A DNA stretch of 62,921 bases, the filler included, from an uncultured bacterium (GTDB lineage: Bacteria; DYJV01): the NCBI GenBank assembly GCA_964543655.1. It is 5 parts of 5 records of this genome, joined end to end, with 100 filler letters (N's around TTAATTAATTAA, not from the genome) between each part and the next. Parts side by side here need not be neighbours in the genome. Positions count along the whole stretch, not along the records: positions 48,705 to 54,045 come from CAZIZE010000022.1; positions 54,146 to 60,677 come from CAZIZE010000025.1; positions 60,778 to 62,921 come from CAZIZE010000032.1; 2 more parts are not named here. One strand, written 5' to 3'. The translations under genes and the position numbers were made by a program. This document shows, piece by piece, positions 52,653 through 62,921 of this stretch; within the stretch, counting starts at the first letter, position 1, and each line of letters starts with the position of its first letter. Below the pieces are notes generated by a model. It had not been told where the DNA came from. It saw nothing but the letters and a program-made list of their open reading frames with translations, and searched no databases.

Positions 52653-53379
52653 ATTTTTTAAATCAATCAAAGAAGATATTAAATGTTACTTTGAAAGGGA
52701 TCCTGCTGCAAAAAGTGTACTTGAAATTATCTTTTGTTATCCAGGATTTCATGCTACTATTTTCCATAGAATAGCTCACTGGTTCTGGAATAAAAAGCTT
52801 TTCTTTTTAGGGAGGTTAATTTCTCATATTAACAGATTTTTAACTGGTATAGAAATTCATCCTGGTGCTAAAATAGGAAAAAGATTTGTAATTGATCATG
52901 GTATGGGTATTGTAATTGGTGAAACAACAGAAATTGGAGATGATGTTACTATTTATCATGGAGTGACTCTTGGGGGTACTACATGGAATAAGGGTAAAAG
53001 GCATCCAACTATTGGAAATAATGTAGTTATTGGCACAGGAGCAAAAGTTCTTGGGAATATAAAAATTGGAGATAATGTGAGAATTGGTGCAAATTCGGTT
53101 ATTTTTAGAGATGTTCCTTCAAATTCTACTGTTGTCGGTGTTCCAGGAAAATCTGTTAAAAGCAAAGTGGATATTAAAACAGTTCTTGATCACCATAAAT
53201 TACCGGATCCTGAGGGTGCTGCAATAAAAATATTACTTGAAAAATTAATAAAAGTGGAAGAAGATTTAAAAGAAATTTCTAAAATTCAAAAAGATACCAA
53301 AGAAAAGCTTTTACAAGATTATGATATAGAGACATTGAAGAGTTTTCTAAAGACTTTTAATAATAATTCTAATGAATAG
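52645..53379 (+). CDS. cysE: Serine O-acetyltransferase
   Basis: [22 protein letters not shown]. Confidence 0.95.
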   Translation: MLKFFKSIKEDIKCYFERDPAAKSVLEIIFCYPGFHATIFHRIAHWFWNKKLFFLGRLISHINRFLTGIEIHPGAKIGKRFVIDHGMGIVIGETTEIGDDVTIYHGVTLGGTTWNKGKRHPTIGNNVVIGTGAKVLGNIKIGDNVRIGANSVIFRDVPSNSTVVGVPGKSVKSKVDIKTVLDHHKLPDPEGAAIKILLEKLIKVEEDLKEISKIQKDTKEKLLQDYDIETLKSFLKTFNNNSNE

Positions 53380-54045
53380 TGTTATTAGAAGCTACAGAGA
53401 AAGTTTGAAAGGATTTAACATTACATATAAAGAGAGTGATCTCTTTATTGTTGCTGATAATAAATTGAAAAAAAAAGCTTATTTATCTTTGTTGAAGTAC
53501 AGGAGAATAATTGAGCAACATATTGAAGAGAATCCCGAATTTTTAACTTCGCTCAAACCATTGAAATTTTACAGTGAGAATATTGAGGAAATTTTAGATT
53601 CAATGTATTTTGCAGGTATAAGTGCTGGTGTTGGGCCATTTGCAGCAGTTGCAGGAGCTATTGCTGAATTTGTTGCAAAAGATTTAAAGGAGTACTCTGA
53701 AGATATTCTTGTGGAAAATGGAGGGGATATTTATATTTTTGGTAAAAAGGATAAATTTATACAGGTATATTTACCTGGTTTTAACAATATTGGAATAAAA
53801 ATAGATAAAAATTTGCTGCCTATAGGCATTTGCTCATCTTCTTCAAAAATAGGCCATTCTCTTAGTTTTGGCAAAGCAGAGTTAGTGGTGGTTTTATCAA
53901 AGTCAGGTGCATTAGCAGATGCTTTTGCAACAAAAATTTGTAATAAATTAAAAAAAGAAGATGATTTAGAATTAGTTATTAATGAATATAAAAAAAATAA
54001 AAAAATTGAAGGTTGTATTTTATTTTTTAAAAAAAGAATTGCTGG
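53372..54045 (+). CDS. UPF0280/ApbE-like protein, truncated by gap
   Basis: [29 protein letters not shown]. Confidence 0.85.
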
Positions 54046-54145
54046 NNNNNNNNNNNNNNNNNNNNNNNNNNNNNNNNNNNNNNNNNNNNTTAATTAATTA
54101 ANNNNNNNNNNNNNNNNNNNNNNNNNNNNNNNNNNNNNNNNNNNN
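54046..54145. other. Artificial contig linker
   Basis: N-TTAATTAATTAA-N. Confidence 0.97.
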
Positions 54146-54147
54146 TT

Positions 54148-54534
54148 AATTTATTAAGTTTTTACAAAAAAATATTAAATTATGCGAAAAAAAAAGGAAA
54201 TTTTCAATTAACTGTAATTAACTCACCATATGCAAATGTAGAATTTTTGAAAAAATTAGACCCTAAAATCTCTATAATATATGAAAATAGTTTTAATGAA
54301 CTGAAAAATTTTAACATTAATAAATATAAATCTTTTCCTTCTGAAAAAATTGCAATTTTGCTTCATCATACTACAGAAAAATTTTTAAAATATTCCATTA
54401 AATTTGCAAAAAAAAATAAAATAGGCTGGATTTATATTACTAATAGAGATTGGGATAAATTACCAACTTACTTTAATTTAGAAGTTCAATATATAAATTT
54501 ATACAACAAATTAATGTATGGGGAAAGAAAATGA
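54148..54534 (+). CDS. C-terminal part of a spherulin-4-like glycoside hydrolase
   Basis: Frame open from contig start; IGWIYITN...WDKLPTYF. Confidence 0.6.
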   Translation, partial: NLLSFYKKILNYAKKKGNFQLTVINSPYANVEFLKKLDPKISIIYENSFNELKNFNINKYKSFPSEKIAILLHHTTEKFLKYSIKFAKKNKIGWIYITNRDWDKLPTYFNLEVQYINLYNKLMYGERK

Positions 54535-55775
54535 GCAGACAATTTCTTCTAATTTTAATTTTTCTGTTTAGTTTTTCACAATTCTCTTATTGTCAGAAAT
54601 TTGTTAATATTTTTACTAAAGGAATTGTTCATGATACTGTTTTTTTGGTTGATAAAAAAAAGAAGACTTTACAAGTGGTTCAAGTATACAATGATAAAAT
54701 AAAAATAATTCATGAATACCATAGAATTCTTATTGGTGAGAAAAAAGGTGATAAGTACAAAAAAGGCGACAAAAGAACACCAGAAGGAATTTACCAAATT
54801 AGATTATATATTCCTCCCTCAAAACTTGCAAAAAAGTATGGCGATGGAGCATATCCCCTAAATTATCCAAATCCTGTTGATAAAATTTTAGGGAAAACAG
54901 GTGGTGGAATCTGGATACATGGATTAATTGAAGGTGAAAAAAAATTGTTTACAAAAGGTTGTGTTGCATTGCATAATGGAGATCTAAAGGATTTATCAAG
55001 GTTTTCACCAGTTGGTAAATATGTAATAATTTCTAAAAAGGTAGAATATATGAACCAAAAAAATTATAATCTTCAAAAAAAATTTTGGTTAAATTTTTTT
55101 AACTCATATATTAATTCTTGGCAACATAATAATTTTAAAAAGTTTAGCTCATTTTATCATAAATTGTTCATAAATAATAAAAATCAAAAACTTCGCAGCT
55201 ATTTAAAAATAAAAAGAAGATTAATGAAATCTTATCCTTACAAAAGAATTCATTACAATAAATTAAAAATTTTTAAAGAGGATAATAAAGAAGTTTTTAT
55301 AGGTTTCAGACAGCTCTATTGTGCAGCTAATTTATTAAATGAGGGGATAAAGCAACTTTATCTTTATAAAAGTGGTGGGCAATTTAAAATTATTTATGAA
55401 AAATATATTAATAGTAATTCTTATAAATTATTAAAAACCTATATATACAATTTTATTGAGAATTGGAAAAATTCATGGCAGAGTAAAAATTTAAAAAAAT
55501 ATATTAATTTTTATTCAAAAAAATTTAAAAATAACAAATATAATTTCAATAGCTGGAAAATTTATAAATCAAACATTTTTAAAAAAATGAAAAATATAAA
55601 AGTGAAAATATACAGATTAAAATTTCATATTATAGATCCATTAACAACAGAAATTACTTTTATCCAACAATACGACTCTGACAATTATGAAGATTTGGGT
55701 ATCAAAAAATTAATTTTAACAGGTTGTCCAGGAGATTACAAAATAGTTTCAGAATCTTGGAGAAAAATTAAATGA
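54531..55775 (+). CDS. L,D-transpeptidase-fold protein with NTF2-like domains (Csd6/Pgp2-like)
   Basis: GDKRTPEGIY, LNYPN, GIWIHG, TKGC; two W..SWQ NTF2-like repeats. Confidence 0.85.
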   Translation: MSRQFLLILIFLFSFSQFSYCQKFVNIFTKGIVHDTVFLVDKKKKTLQVVQVYNDKIKIIHEYHRILIGEKKGDKYKKGDKRTPEGIYQIRLYIPPSKLAKKYGDGAYPLNYPNPVDKILGKTGGGIWIHGLIEGEKKLFTKGCVALHNGDLKDLSRFSPVGKYVIISKKVEYMNQKNYNLQKKFWLNFFNSYINSWQHNNFKKFSSFYHKLFINNKNQKLRSYLKIKRRLMKSYPYKRIHYNKLKIFKEDNKEVFIGFRQLYCAANLLNEGIKQLYLYKSGGQFKIIYEKYINSNSYKLLKTYIYNFIENWKNSWQSKNLKKYINFYSKKFKNNKYNFNSWKIYKSNIFKKMKNIKVKIYRLKFHIIDPLTTEITFIQQYDSDNYEDLGIKKLILTGCPGDYKIVSESWRKIK

Positions 55776-57211
55776 AAATCTCTATTTTAAAAATTGCATT
55801 AATATATTTATTTTTGCTTACCTTACCACTTTATGCAAAAATTAAAAGACCATCTACAGTCCATCTTGTTTATTTTAAAGGCTCTGATTATGAACTTGAT
55901 GTTTATAAAATTTATGGAAGAAAAAATGGAAAAACAATGTTAATTGTTGGAGGAATTCAAGGTGACGAGCCTGGAGGTTTTCTTTCTGCTGATCTTTACT
56001 CTGATATAATCCTTGAGCAAGGTAATTTGATTGTTGTACCAAGGGCTAATTTTAAATCTATTATTCTTTTTAACAGAGGTATTGATGGCGATATGAATAG
56101 AATTTTTCATAAAAGAAAAGTTGTAACAGATATGGATAAAGTGGTGTCAGTAATTAAAAAATTAATGGGCGAATCTGATGTTTTTCTCCATTTACACGAT
56201 GGCTGGGGATTTCATTATCCAAAATATATTAATAAAATGAGGAATCCAAAAAGGTTTGGTGAATCAATTATTACTGATACAGATGAATATAAATGCGCTA
56301 ATGAAAAGATTTTACCTTTAAAAAAGTGGGCATACCAGGTTATTGAGGAAGTTAACAAGAAGATTGGAGATAAAAGGTATTTTATGCATTATTTTAATAC
56401 CAATACAAGTAGCCCCAAAACACCATTTAAAGACATGAGAAAAACTGCAACTTTTTTTGCTTTGAAAAACTACTGTATTCCTGCATTTGCAATAGAGACA
56501 TCCAAAAATCTACCATCTGTTGAAATGAAGGTTAGATTTCATAACTATGCTGTTAATGCTTTTATGAAGCTATTTAATATAATACCAGAGCAACCTCAAA
56601 TTTTCTTACCAAAGCCAGTGTTAAAATATGTTGTTTTACAAATTAATGACAAACCGCAAATTGTTACCAATAAAAAAATAATTTACCTACCAAAAAACTC
56701 TATTGTAAAAGTTATACATATTGAATCTAATTATAAAAGAGGTTTATCGTGTGATTTTTTGGGTATTAATGGATTAAATGATATGGATACCCCTGTAAAA
56801 ATAGGTAGAAATACAAAAATTATTTTCAGAAAGGACAATAAAATAATAGGCTACATATACTTAAAGCTGAAATCTTCCCTTGACAAACAGGACTGGGTTT
56901 TTATTGTTAAGATTAATGGTAAAAAGAGAGCAATTTTAAATGGTGAAAAAATTATTTTGAAAAAAGGCGATACAATAAAATTAATAAAAGTTTTTAGTGA
57001 AGGTTTTTCTGGAAAAAATATAAAGATTAATTTTAAAGGGTTTGTCCCTTCTAATATTAGTAACACTGGTGATGATAGAGGATTTAAAATAAAAATTGAT
57101 TCAAATTTACTAAAAAAATATTCAATCTCAAAATTTAAAGAAATTTTTCCTGTTGTTGCAACTGAAAAAAATTTGATTATAGCTACTTTTTATGTTGAAA
57201 TTAAAAAATAA
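55772..57211 (+). CDS. M14/M99 carboxypeptidase (Csd4/Pgp1-like)
   Basis: GGIQGDEPGG, GDMNR, LHDG, IETSK. Confidence 0.85.
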   Translation: MKISILKIALIYLFLLTLPLYAKIKRPSTVHLVYFKGSDYELDVYKIYGRKNGKTMLIVGGIQGDEPGGFLSADLYSDIILEQGNLIVVPRANFKSIILFNRGIDGDMNRIFHKRKVVTDMDKVVSVIKKLMGESDVFLHLHDGWGFHYPKYINKMRNPKRFGESIITDTDEYKCANEKILPLKKWAYQVIEEVNKKIGDKRYFMHYFNTNTSSPKTPFKDMRKTATFFALKNYCIPAFAIETSKNLPSVEMKVRFHNYAVNAFMKLFNIIPEQPQIFLPKPVLKYVVLQINDKPQIVTNKKIIYLPKNSIVKVIHIESNYKRGLSCDFLGINGLNDMDTPVKIGRNTKIIFRKDNKIIGYIYLKLKSSLDKQDWVFIVKINGKKRAILNGEKIILKKGDTIKLIKVFSEGFSGKNIKINFKGFVPSNISNTGDDRGFKIKIDSNLLKKYSISKFKEIFPVVATEKNLIIATFYVEIKK

Positions 57212-57367
57212 ATATATTATTATATCTTTAGAACTTCAGATTACAATTTACTTTTAGTTATTTGAACAATTATGCTTCTTAAAATTTACAGTTCTATATC
57301 TTAATATTCAAAAATGGGCTTTCTTATAATATATATTCATTTTATTTAATAACAAAAGGAGTATAAA

Positions 57368-60064
57368 ATGAAGATGAGTTTTAAATGGAAAATTTTAATA
57401 CCAGTATTTATATTATTTATAATTTTTATAGGTGTTACTCAATATTTTATCTATCATAGCTTCCACAATCTTTCTAATTACTTTATTAATCAAGATGTAA
57501 AAAAAACAGTTAATTCTATAAAAAATCAGATAAAACTTGAAGAGGAAAAATGTTTATCAATAGCCTCTTTAATTTCTTCTTACGGCGTTGTTGCAGATGC
57601 ATATCAAATTGGTGAGCCAGAATTATCAAGAGAGGCTTTACGAGATGATATGAGAGATATTATTGGGAAATTAAAAAAAGATTCTGGATTAAAAAATATA
57701 AAAATACATTTTCATCTACCACCTGCTGTTAGTTTACTCAGATTATGGCGAAAACCTGGTCAAAAGGATGGTGGTGATGATTTAAGCAGTTTTAGAAAAA
57801 CAATTTTAAAAGTTTACAAAACTAAAAAAGCTGTTTCAGGAATAGAGATAGGTAGAGCTGGTCTTGCAATTAGAGGTATTGTCCCAATTATAGCCACAAT
57901 TGCTGGGTCAGGGAAAAGCAAATATTTAGGCTCAGTGGAAATGGTTGCAAATTTTGAACATATTACAAAAAGTATGTCCAGTGAACAATCAAAAATAATT
58001 TTATTTTTAAAAAATAGTGAACTATCAATTGCCACAAAATTAAAAAATAACCCGAAAATAGGAAATTTTACACTAATAAACAAAGATGAATACTCTTATA
58101 TCACTGAAAAAATAGATAATAAAATTTTAACAGAAGCATTAAATAAAGAAATTATTAAAACAAACAAGGATGCTACAATTACTGCTGCCTTTCCTATTAA
58201 AGACTTTGAAGGTAAAAGTGTGGCTGTTGCTGCTGTAATTTATAACACCAAAAAGGCTATGTCATTAATTAAATCATCAATGAATAAACTTCTAATTGGT
58301 TTAATAATTGGTCTTATTATATTTTTACTGATACTCTACTTTGGTATCTCAACTTTAATTTCCCCTTTAATACAGACAAAGAATATTTTAAAAGAGATTT
58401 CACAAGGTGAAGGAGATCTCACAAAAAAAATTACAATTAAAAGTAATGATGAAATTGGTGAGCTTGGAATATATTTTAACACATTTATTGATAAATTAAA
58501 TGAAATGCTCCTAAAAGTAAAGGAAAGTAGTGAAATCTTAACTGAGCAAAGTGAAAATGTTGCTAAGGAATCTGAAAAGGTTAAGGTGTCCAATGAAAAT
58601 GTTATGAAAAATGTTGATACTGTTGCATCATCCCTTGAAGAAATTAATGCGGTCCTCAATTCTCTTGCTGATTCTACAAAACATCTTGTTGATACTGTTA
58701 ATATTTTCCATAGAGAAAATAATCAGTTAATAGATGAAATAGAAAATATTAGAAATTACACAGATAAATTAAACAATATAGTTCTCGATGTAACAAATTC
58801 GTCCAATGTGTTAAATGAAATTTCTGAAATAGTTGAAGCAGGCTCAAATGATATTAATGGAGTTATCCAAGGATATGAAACAATACTTGAAAAAATAACA
58901 GACTATATAGAAAATGCAAAAGAAGCAGCAAGTAACATATTGTCCTCTGTAGATGCTGTAGCATCAGCTATTGAAGAACAGGCAAGGAGTATAGATGAAG
59001 TTTCAAATAGAGCTGATGATGCATATAAAGTTACTGAAGAATCTGCAAATGAGGTAATAAAAAGTAAAGATGAAATGGATAGAGTAGTAGAAAGGATGAA
59101 TGCAATAGGTGAAAATATAAAATCACTTGGCAATACAATGACCGAGCTTTCAGAATCTGTTGGCAATATAGAAGATATTTTAACATTAATTGATGAAATA
59201 AGTGAACAGACAAACCTACTTGCTTTAAACGCAGCAATAGAAGCTGCAAGAGCAGGTGAAGCAGGTAAGGGTTTTGCAGTTGTTGCTGATGAAGTTAGAA
59301 AATTAGCTGAGAGAAGTGGCAATGCAACAAAAGAAATTAAAGAGATTATTAATTCAATGATTAAAATTACAGAAGAGGCTGTTTCACAGAGCAACAAAAG
59401 TGTTGATGATATGACAAACGGCCTTGAAATGTTAAATAATGCAGGAAAACAGCTTGATTCTGTAGTTGAAAAATCAAATAACTCCAAACAATTTGTTCAA
59501 CAGATAGCAATTGCATCAAATGAGCAAAGAGAAGTAATTCATCAAATAACAAATTCTGTTAGCAATGTTGTAGATGAAAGTAAAGATATTAACTCAAAAC
59601 TTGAAGAGCTAAAATTAGAAGCAGATAGTATGATTAGTGAATTTGACAATATTAGGCAGGCATCAGATAATATTAGCAGTAATGTTTTTAAATTAAAAGA
59701 AAATTCTGAAAACCTTAAATCAGTTTCAACTAATCTTTCTGAAATTTCTGAGCAAACAGTTAACCTTGCAATAGAATCTCAATCAGCTGCAAGAACAATT
59801 AATATGTCTATTAATGAAATTAAAAATGAAGTTGAAAATATTCAAATTGGCACTGATGAACAGGCAAATGCCTCTAATTTAATAAATGAATCAATGAGTC
59901 AGATTCAGACTCTCTGCCATGAAGCAATAAAATTAACAAAAAATACTGATTTAAACATAAAGCAGGTTAGTATTAAATCAAAAGAATTGAAAAAATTGGT
60001 ATCTGGATTCAAATTAAATGAAAATATAAATATAAATATTACTCCTGTTAAAAAGAAGAGCTAA
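57368..60064 (+). CDS. Methyl-accepting chemotaxis protein (Cache, HAMP, long signalling domain)
   Basis: Two TM segments; [46 protein letters not shown]. Confidence 0.95.
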   Translation: MKMSFKWKILIPVFILFIIFIGVTQYFIYHSFHNLSNYFINQDVKKTVNSIKNQIKLEEEKCLSIASLISSYGVVADAYQIGEPELSREALRDDMRDIIGKLKKDSGLKNIKIHFHLPPAVSLLRLWRKPGQKDGGDDLSSFRKTILKVYKTKKAVSGIEIGRAGLAIRGIVPIIATIAGSGKSKYLGSVEMVANFEHITKSMSSEQSKIILFLKNSELSIATKLKNNPKIGNFTLINKDEYSYITEKIDNKILTEALNKEIIKTNKDATITAAFPIKDFEGKSVAVAAVIYNTKKAMSLIKSSMNKLLIGLIIGLIIFLLILYFGISTLISPLIQTKNILKEISQGEGDLTKKITIKSNDEIGELGIYFNTFIDKLNEMLLKVKESSEILTEQSENVAKESEKVKVSNENVMKNVDTVASSLEEINAVLNSLADSTKHLVDTVNIFHRENNQLIDEIENIRNYTDKLNNIVLDVTNSSNVLNEISEIVEAGSNDINGVIQGYETILEKITDYIENAKEAASNILSSVDAVASAIEEQARSIDEVSNRADDAYKVTEESANEVIKSKDEMDRVVERMNAIGENIKSLGNTMTELSESVGNIEDILTLIDEISEQTNLLALNAAIEAARAGEAGKGFAVVADEVRKLAERSGNATKEIKEIINSMIKITEEAVSQSNKSVDDMTNGLEMLNNAGKQLDSVVEKSNNSKQFVQQIAIASNEQREVIHQITNSVSNVVDESKDINSKLEELKLEADSMISEFDNIRQASDNISSNVFKLKENSENLKSVSTNLSEISEQTVNLAIESQSAARTINMSINEIKNEVENIQIGTDEQANASNLINESMSQIQTLCHEAIKLTKNTDLNIKQVSIKSKELKKLVSGFKLNENININITPVKKKS

Positions 60065-60075
60065 GTCGTGTTGAC

Positions 60076-60369
60076 TTAGCTCTTAATGGCTTTTAGCTTT
60101 GATTCAATAGAGACTTTTTTATCAATCCTGTAATCAATTTTAATTGTAGTTACAACACGTTTTATACTGGAAGAAGATAATTTTTTATTAATCTCTACAA
60201 TGGTTTCTAAAATTTCCTCGATTTCTCCTTCAACAACTGTACCCATACTATTAGGTGCAATAATAAATTTTCTACTTTTTAAAACTTCATGAGCCATTTT
60301 TACATACTTACTAACTGATGGCGAACCTGTACCAACAGGTAAAATTGAAAATTCAACAATTCCATACAT
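60076..60369 (-). CDS. MTH1187-family thiamine-binding protein
   Basis: PVGTGSPSVSKYV, MGTVVEG, KIDYR. Confidence 0.88.
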   Translation of the reverse strand: MYGIVEFSILPVGTGSPSVSKYVKMAHEVLKSRKFIIAPNSMGTVVEGEIEEILETIVEINKKLSSSSIKRVVTTIKIDYRIDKKVSIESKLKAIKS

Positions 60370-60416
60370 TTGCCAATCTCCATAATACAAAACTAAATTA
60401 AATTTTTAATATTCTT

Positions 60417-60522
60417 ATACAATTTTCTACTTGAAATGACATCTGCAAAATTCTTAAATTATTGTTATTAAAGTAGGTGTCTTTCACCATTAAACTATGA
60501 AAGTTGAACCGTGAATTTGTAT
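60417..60522 (-). mobile_element. MITE family B copy
   Basis: Reverse complement matches 31996-32097; a family A end remnant TAATACAAAACTAAAT lies at 60383-60398. Confidence 0.78.
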
Positions 60523-60677
60523 AAAAGTTGCGTAAGTTTACTTCTTAAATTTTTTTTTATTACAAATAGATAGAAAAAGCAAGAGATGATAATAGGGAAT
60601 TATTAAAAAAAATTGTCTTGACAAATTGGGGTAGTATACTTTTGATATACTGCTTTTACAAATGATATAATTCCAAA

Positions 60678-60777
60678 NNNNNNNNNNNNNNNNNNNNNNN
60701 NNNNNNNNNNNNNNNNNNNNNTTAATTAATTAANNNNNNNNNNNNNNNNNNNNNNNNNNNNNNNNNNNNNNNNNNNN
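60678..60777. other. Artificial contig linker
   Basis: N-TTAATTAATTAA-N. Confidence 0.97.
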
Positions 60778-60952
60778 TGATTATATACAAACCGAACTGA
60801 GCCAAATGTTTTATTTAATATAGTTTTTTGTTCTTCACTTGGGTAGAGTCTAACTTTTACTATATTTAACACTTTTGCTCCTTTCTAAAATTTCATATCT
60901 CTTATTATATCTGAAGAACACTAAAATTAACAAAAAAAAATATTAAACTTTT

Positions 60953-61213
60953 TTATTTGCTGTTTACGCTTTCATACACCTCATGAATGAGGTGGTTTTT
61001 CGCTTTTATTTTGATAAAATAGTCGCCCTTATCAAAGAGTCCAAAACATTTTAAAAAGTATGTTGAATCCTCTTTTGTTAAAGCATCATAACCTGCTGAT
61101 GCAATCTCTTCAAGTTTTGCGTGAACATCCATCGGCATTTTCAAAGCTTTTATAGCCTCTACTTTGTTCTTTTTTCTACTTCTTGCCTCTAGTGCTTTTG
61201 CTAATATAGACAT
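60953..61213 (-). pseudogene. Probable N-terminal fragment of ferredoxin-nitrite reductase (NirA-like)
   Basis: NKVEAIK...YFLKCFGLF resembles NirA N-termini; only 86 aa; good RBS. Confidence 0.6.
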
Positions 61214-61413
61214 TTAAATCCCTTTTCCTTGAAAATGTAGTTATTAAAAATTAAATTTATTATAGTTAAAAAAAACAACTTATAATCAATCTGATTGTAT
61301 ATTTTTTAGTCAACTAGTAAATTTAAACATGGTTACTTTTTAATCAGTTTTCTTTCATAAAAATCATAAAATTCTCCTATAATTCTCTTAAATAATTAGA
61401 ATAAGGAGTTATT

Positions 61414-61584
61414 ATGGCAGGATTTAAAGCACTAAAAGGACAAGGAGATGCAAAAACACTATTTGCAGCTTTTTTGTACTTTGATTTTTCGTTTATGGTT
61501 TGGACAATGCTTGGGGCAATTTCAACAGAAATTGGAGAAGCCTTAGCAATTGGTGGATATGTAATGACAGTACCAAAGCACTAA
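61414..61584 (+). pseudogene. N-terminal fragment of a NarK/NasA nitrate transporter (not in the ORF track)
   Basis: MAGFKALKGQGDAKTLFAAFLYFDFSFMVWTMLG...; AAGGAG RBS; stops after 56 aa. Confidence 0.75.
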
Positions 61585-61773
61585 TAGAACGTAACCCTGA
61601 ACTCTTTTATAAAATCGGGTTTATTATTGAATTTATTATCATTTTAGCCATTTTGCCAATGATTGGATAGGAACTCTTTAAAAGTTAATGCTTATTTTTT
61701 ATACAGAATAAAATTTTATTTGTCTTTAAATAAAGTTATACTCTGTCATTAAAATTTTTGAAGGAGTAAGTTT

Positions 61774-62921
61774 ATGAAAAATAAATTTCTAGCACTGCTA
61801 ACACTGTTAGCTTTACCAGTTCTCGCTTTTGCAGAGGACAAACTCGATTCAGGGGACACAGCGTGGATGATGATGTCTACAGCTCTTGTCTTACTAATGA
61901 CACCAGCAGGTCTTGCACTTTTTTACGCAGGTATGACACGTTCTAAAAATGCTCTTAACACCTTTTCTATGGTTATGGGTGCGTTTGTTGTAGCATTTTT
62001 AGTATGGATTATCGCAGGATATTCAATCGCATTTGGAACTAACGAAAGTGCAATGCTTCAAAATGTATTTGGTGGATTTGGAAACCTAATGCTTGACGGT
62101 ATTAAATGGACAGACCTTAGTGGAACTTACCCTACCTTTGTATTTATTGCATTCCAAGGTACATTTGCAGCGATTACTATTGCTATTGCATCTGGGTCAG
62201 TAATTGGTCGTTTGAAATTTTCAACATGGATGATTATCGTTGTTCTTTGGGGACTTATTGTTTATGCTCCAATTACACACATGGTATGGGGTGGAGATGG
62301 TGCTTACCTTTTTGATGCAGGTGCATTAGACTTTGCAGGTGGCACAGTTGTACATATGAATGGTGGTCTTGCAGGTCTTGTTCTTGCTATCTTGGTTGGT
62401 AAAAGAGCTGGATACAACAAAGTTGCAATGAAACCTTTCTCAATTATCTTAACAGCTGTAGGTGCAGCGTTATTATGGTTCGGTTGGTATGGATTTAATG
62501 GTGGTTCTGCATTTGGTGCAAATGCTATTGCTGGTCTTGCTGTTCTTACAACAACCATTGCCACAGCTGCTGGTGCAGTTACATGGATGTTAATTGAGTG
62601 GTTCGTTTACAAAAAGCCTACGCTTCTTGGAATTGCATCAGGTATCATTGCTGGTCTTGTAGCAATTACTCCTGCTGCTGGATTTGTAAGTGTTTCTGGT
62701 TCACTAATCATCGGTGTAGTTGGTTCAATCGTTGCTTTCTTTGGTGTTGTTAAACTTAAAAAAGTATTTGGTTACGACGACTCTCTTGATGCCTTTGGTA
62801 TTCACTTTCTAGCAGGTCTTTGGGGTGCGTTAGCTGTTGCATTCTTGGCAATTAATGACAAAGATTTATTATGGGATGGCCCACTTAAAGAGTCTGGAGA
62901 CAGAATGGGACAATTTATGGT
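61774..62921 (+). CDS. amtB: Ammonium transporter, runs off the window (not in the ORF track)
   Basis: DSGDTAW, FQGTFA, DFAGGTVVH, LWFGWYGFNGGS, AGLVAITP, DDSLDAFGIH. Confidence 0.96.
   Translation, partial: MKNKFLALLTLLALPVLAFAEDKLDSGDTAWMMMSTALVLLMTPAGLALFYAGMTRSKNALNTFSMVMGAFVVAFLVWIIAGYSIAFGTNESAMLQNVFGGFGNLMLDGIKWTDLSGTYPTFVFIAFQGTFAAITIAIASGSVIGRLKFSTWMIIVVLWGLIVYAPITHMVWGGDGAYLFDAGALDFAGGTVVHMNGGLAGLVLAILVGKRAGYNKVAMKPFSIILTAVGAALLWFGWYGFNGGSAFGANAIAGLAVLTTTIATAAGAVTWMLIEWFVYKKPTLLGIASGIIAGLVAITPAAGFVSVSGSLIIGVVGSIVAFFGVVKLKKVFGYDDSLDAFGIHFLAGLWGALAVAFLAINDKDLLWDGPLKESGDRMGQFM

Noticed and set aside
53372-54097. ORF extension through X residues
   Set aside because: Reads into the N linker; real sequence ends at 54045
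62304-62564. 86-aa minus-strand ORF
   Set aside because: Antisense to amtB

Overview
Low-GC bacterial draft sequence made of five contigs (1-22680, 22781-48604, 48705-54045, 54146-60677, 60778-62921) joined by artificial 100-bp N-TTAATTAATTAA-N linkers, so adjacency across the gaps is not evidence of linkage. Most of it is housekeeping: clpB, xseA, argH, lysA-dapF-dapA-dapB, hfq-miaA, dksA, a speD-pdaD-speE-speB polyamine operon, a Pst-like ABC transporter, pilMNOPQ-aroK, hemB, thiL, icd, ftsY-ruvX-mltG, cysE, Csd6/Csd4-like peptidoglycan enzymes, an MCP and amtB. The strongest candidate for a new system is at the left edge: an HTH-WYL regulator followed by a single polypeptide fusing a PLD (HKD) nuclease to a HerA ATPase. 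This pair is bracketed by a 21-bp direct repeat and heptamer repeat tracts, and I infer it is an anti-phage or DNA-processing cassette. Other notable items are an IS630 element with two MITE families sharing its termini (stacked and nested), a PilQ with a C-terminal SH3 domain and no AMIN domains, a very long chemoreceptor hairpin, a truncated cobalamin riboswitch, and a deletion-eroded nitrate-assimilation locus on a last contig that may come from a different organism. All calls are motif recognition by eye; no searches were run.
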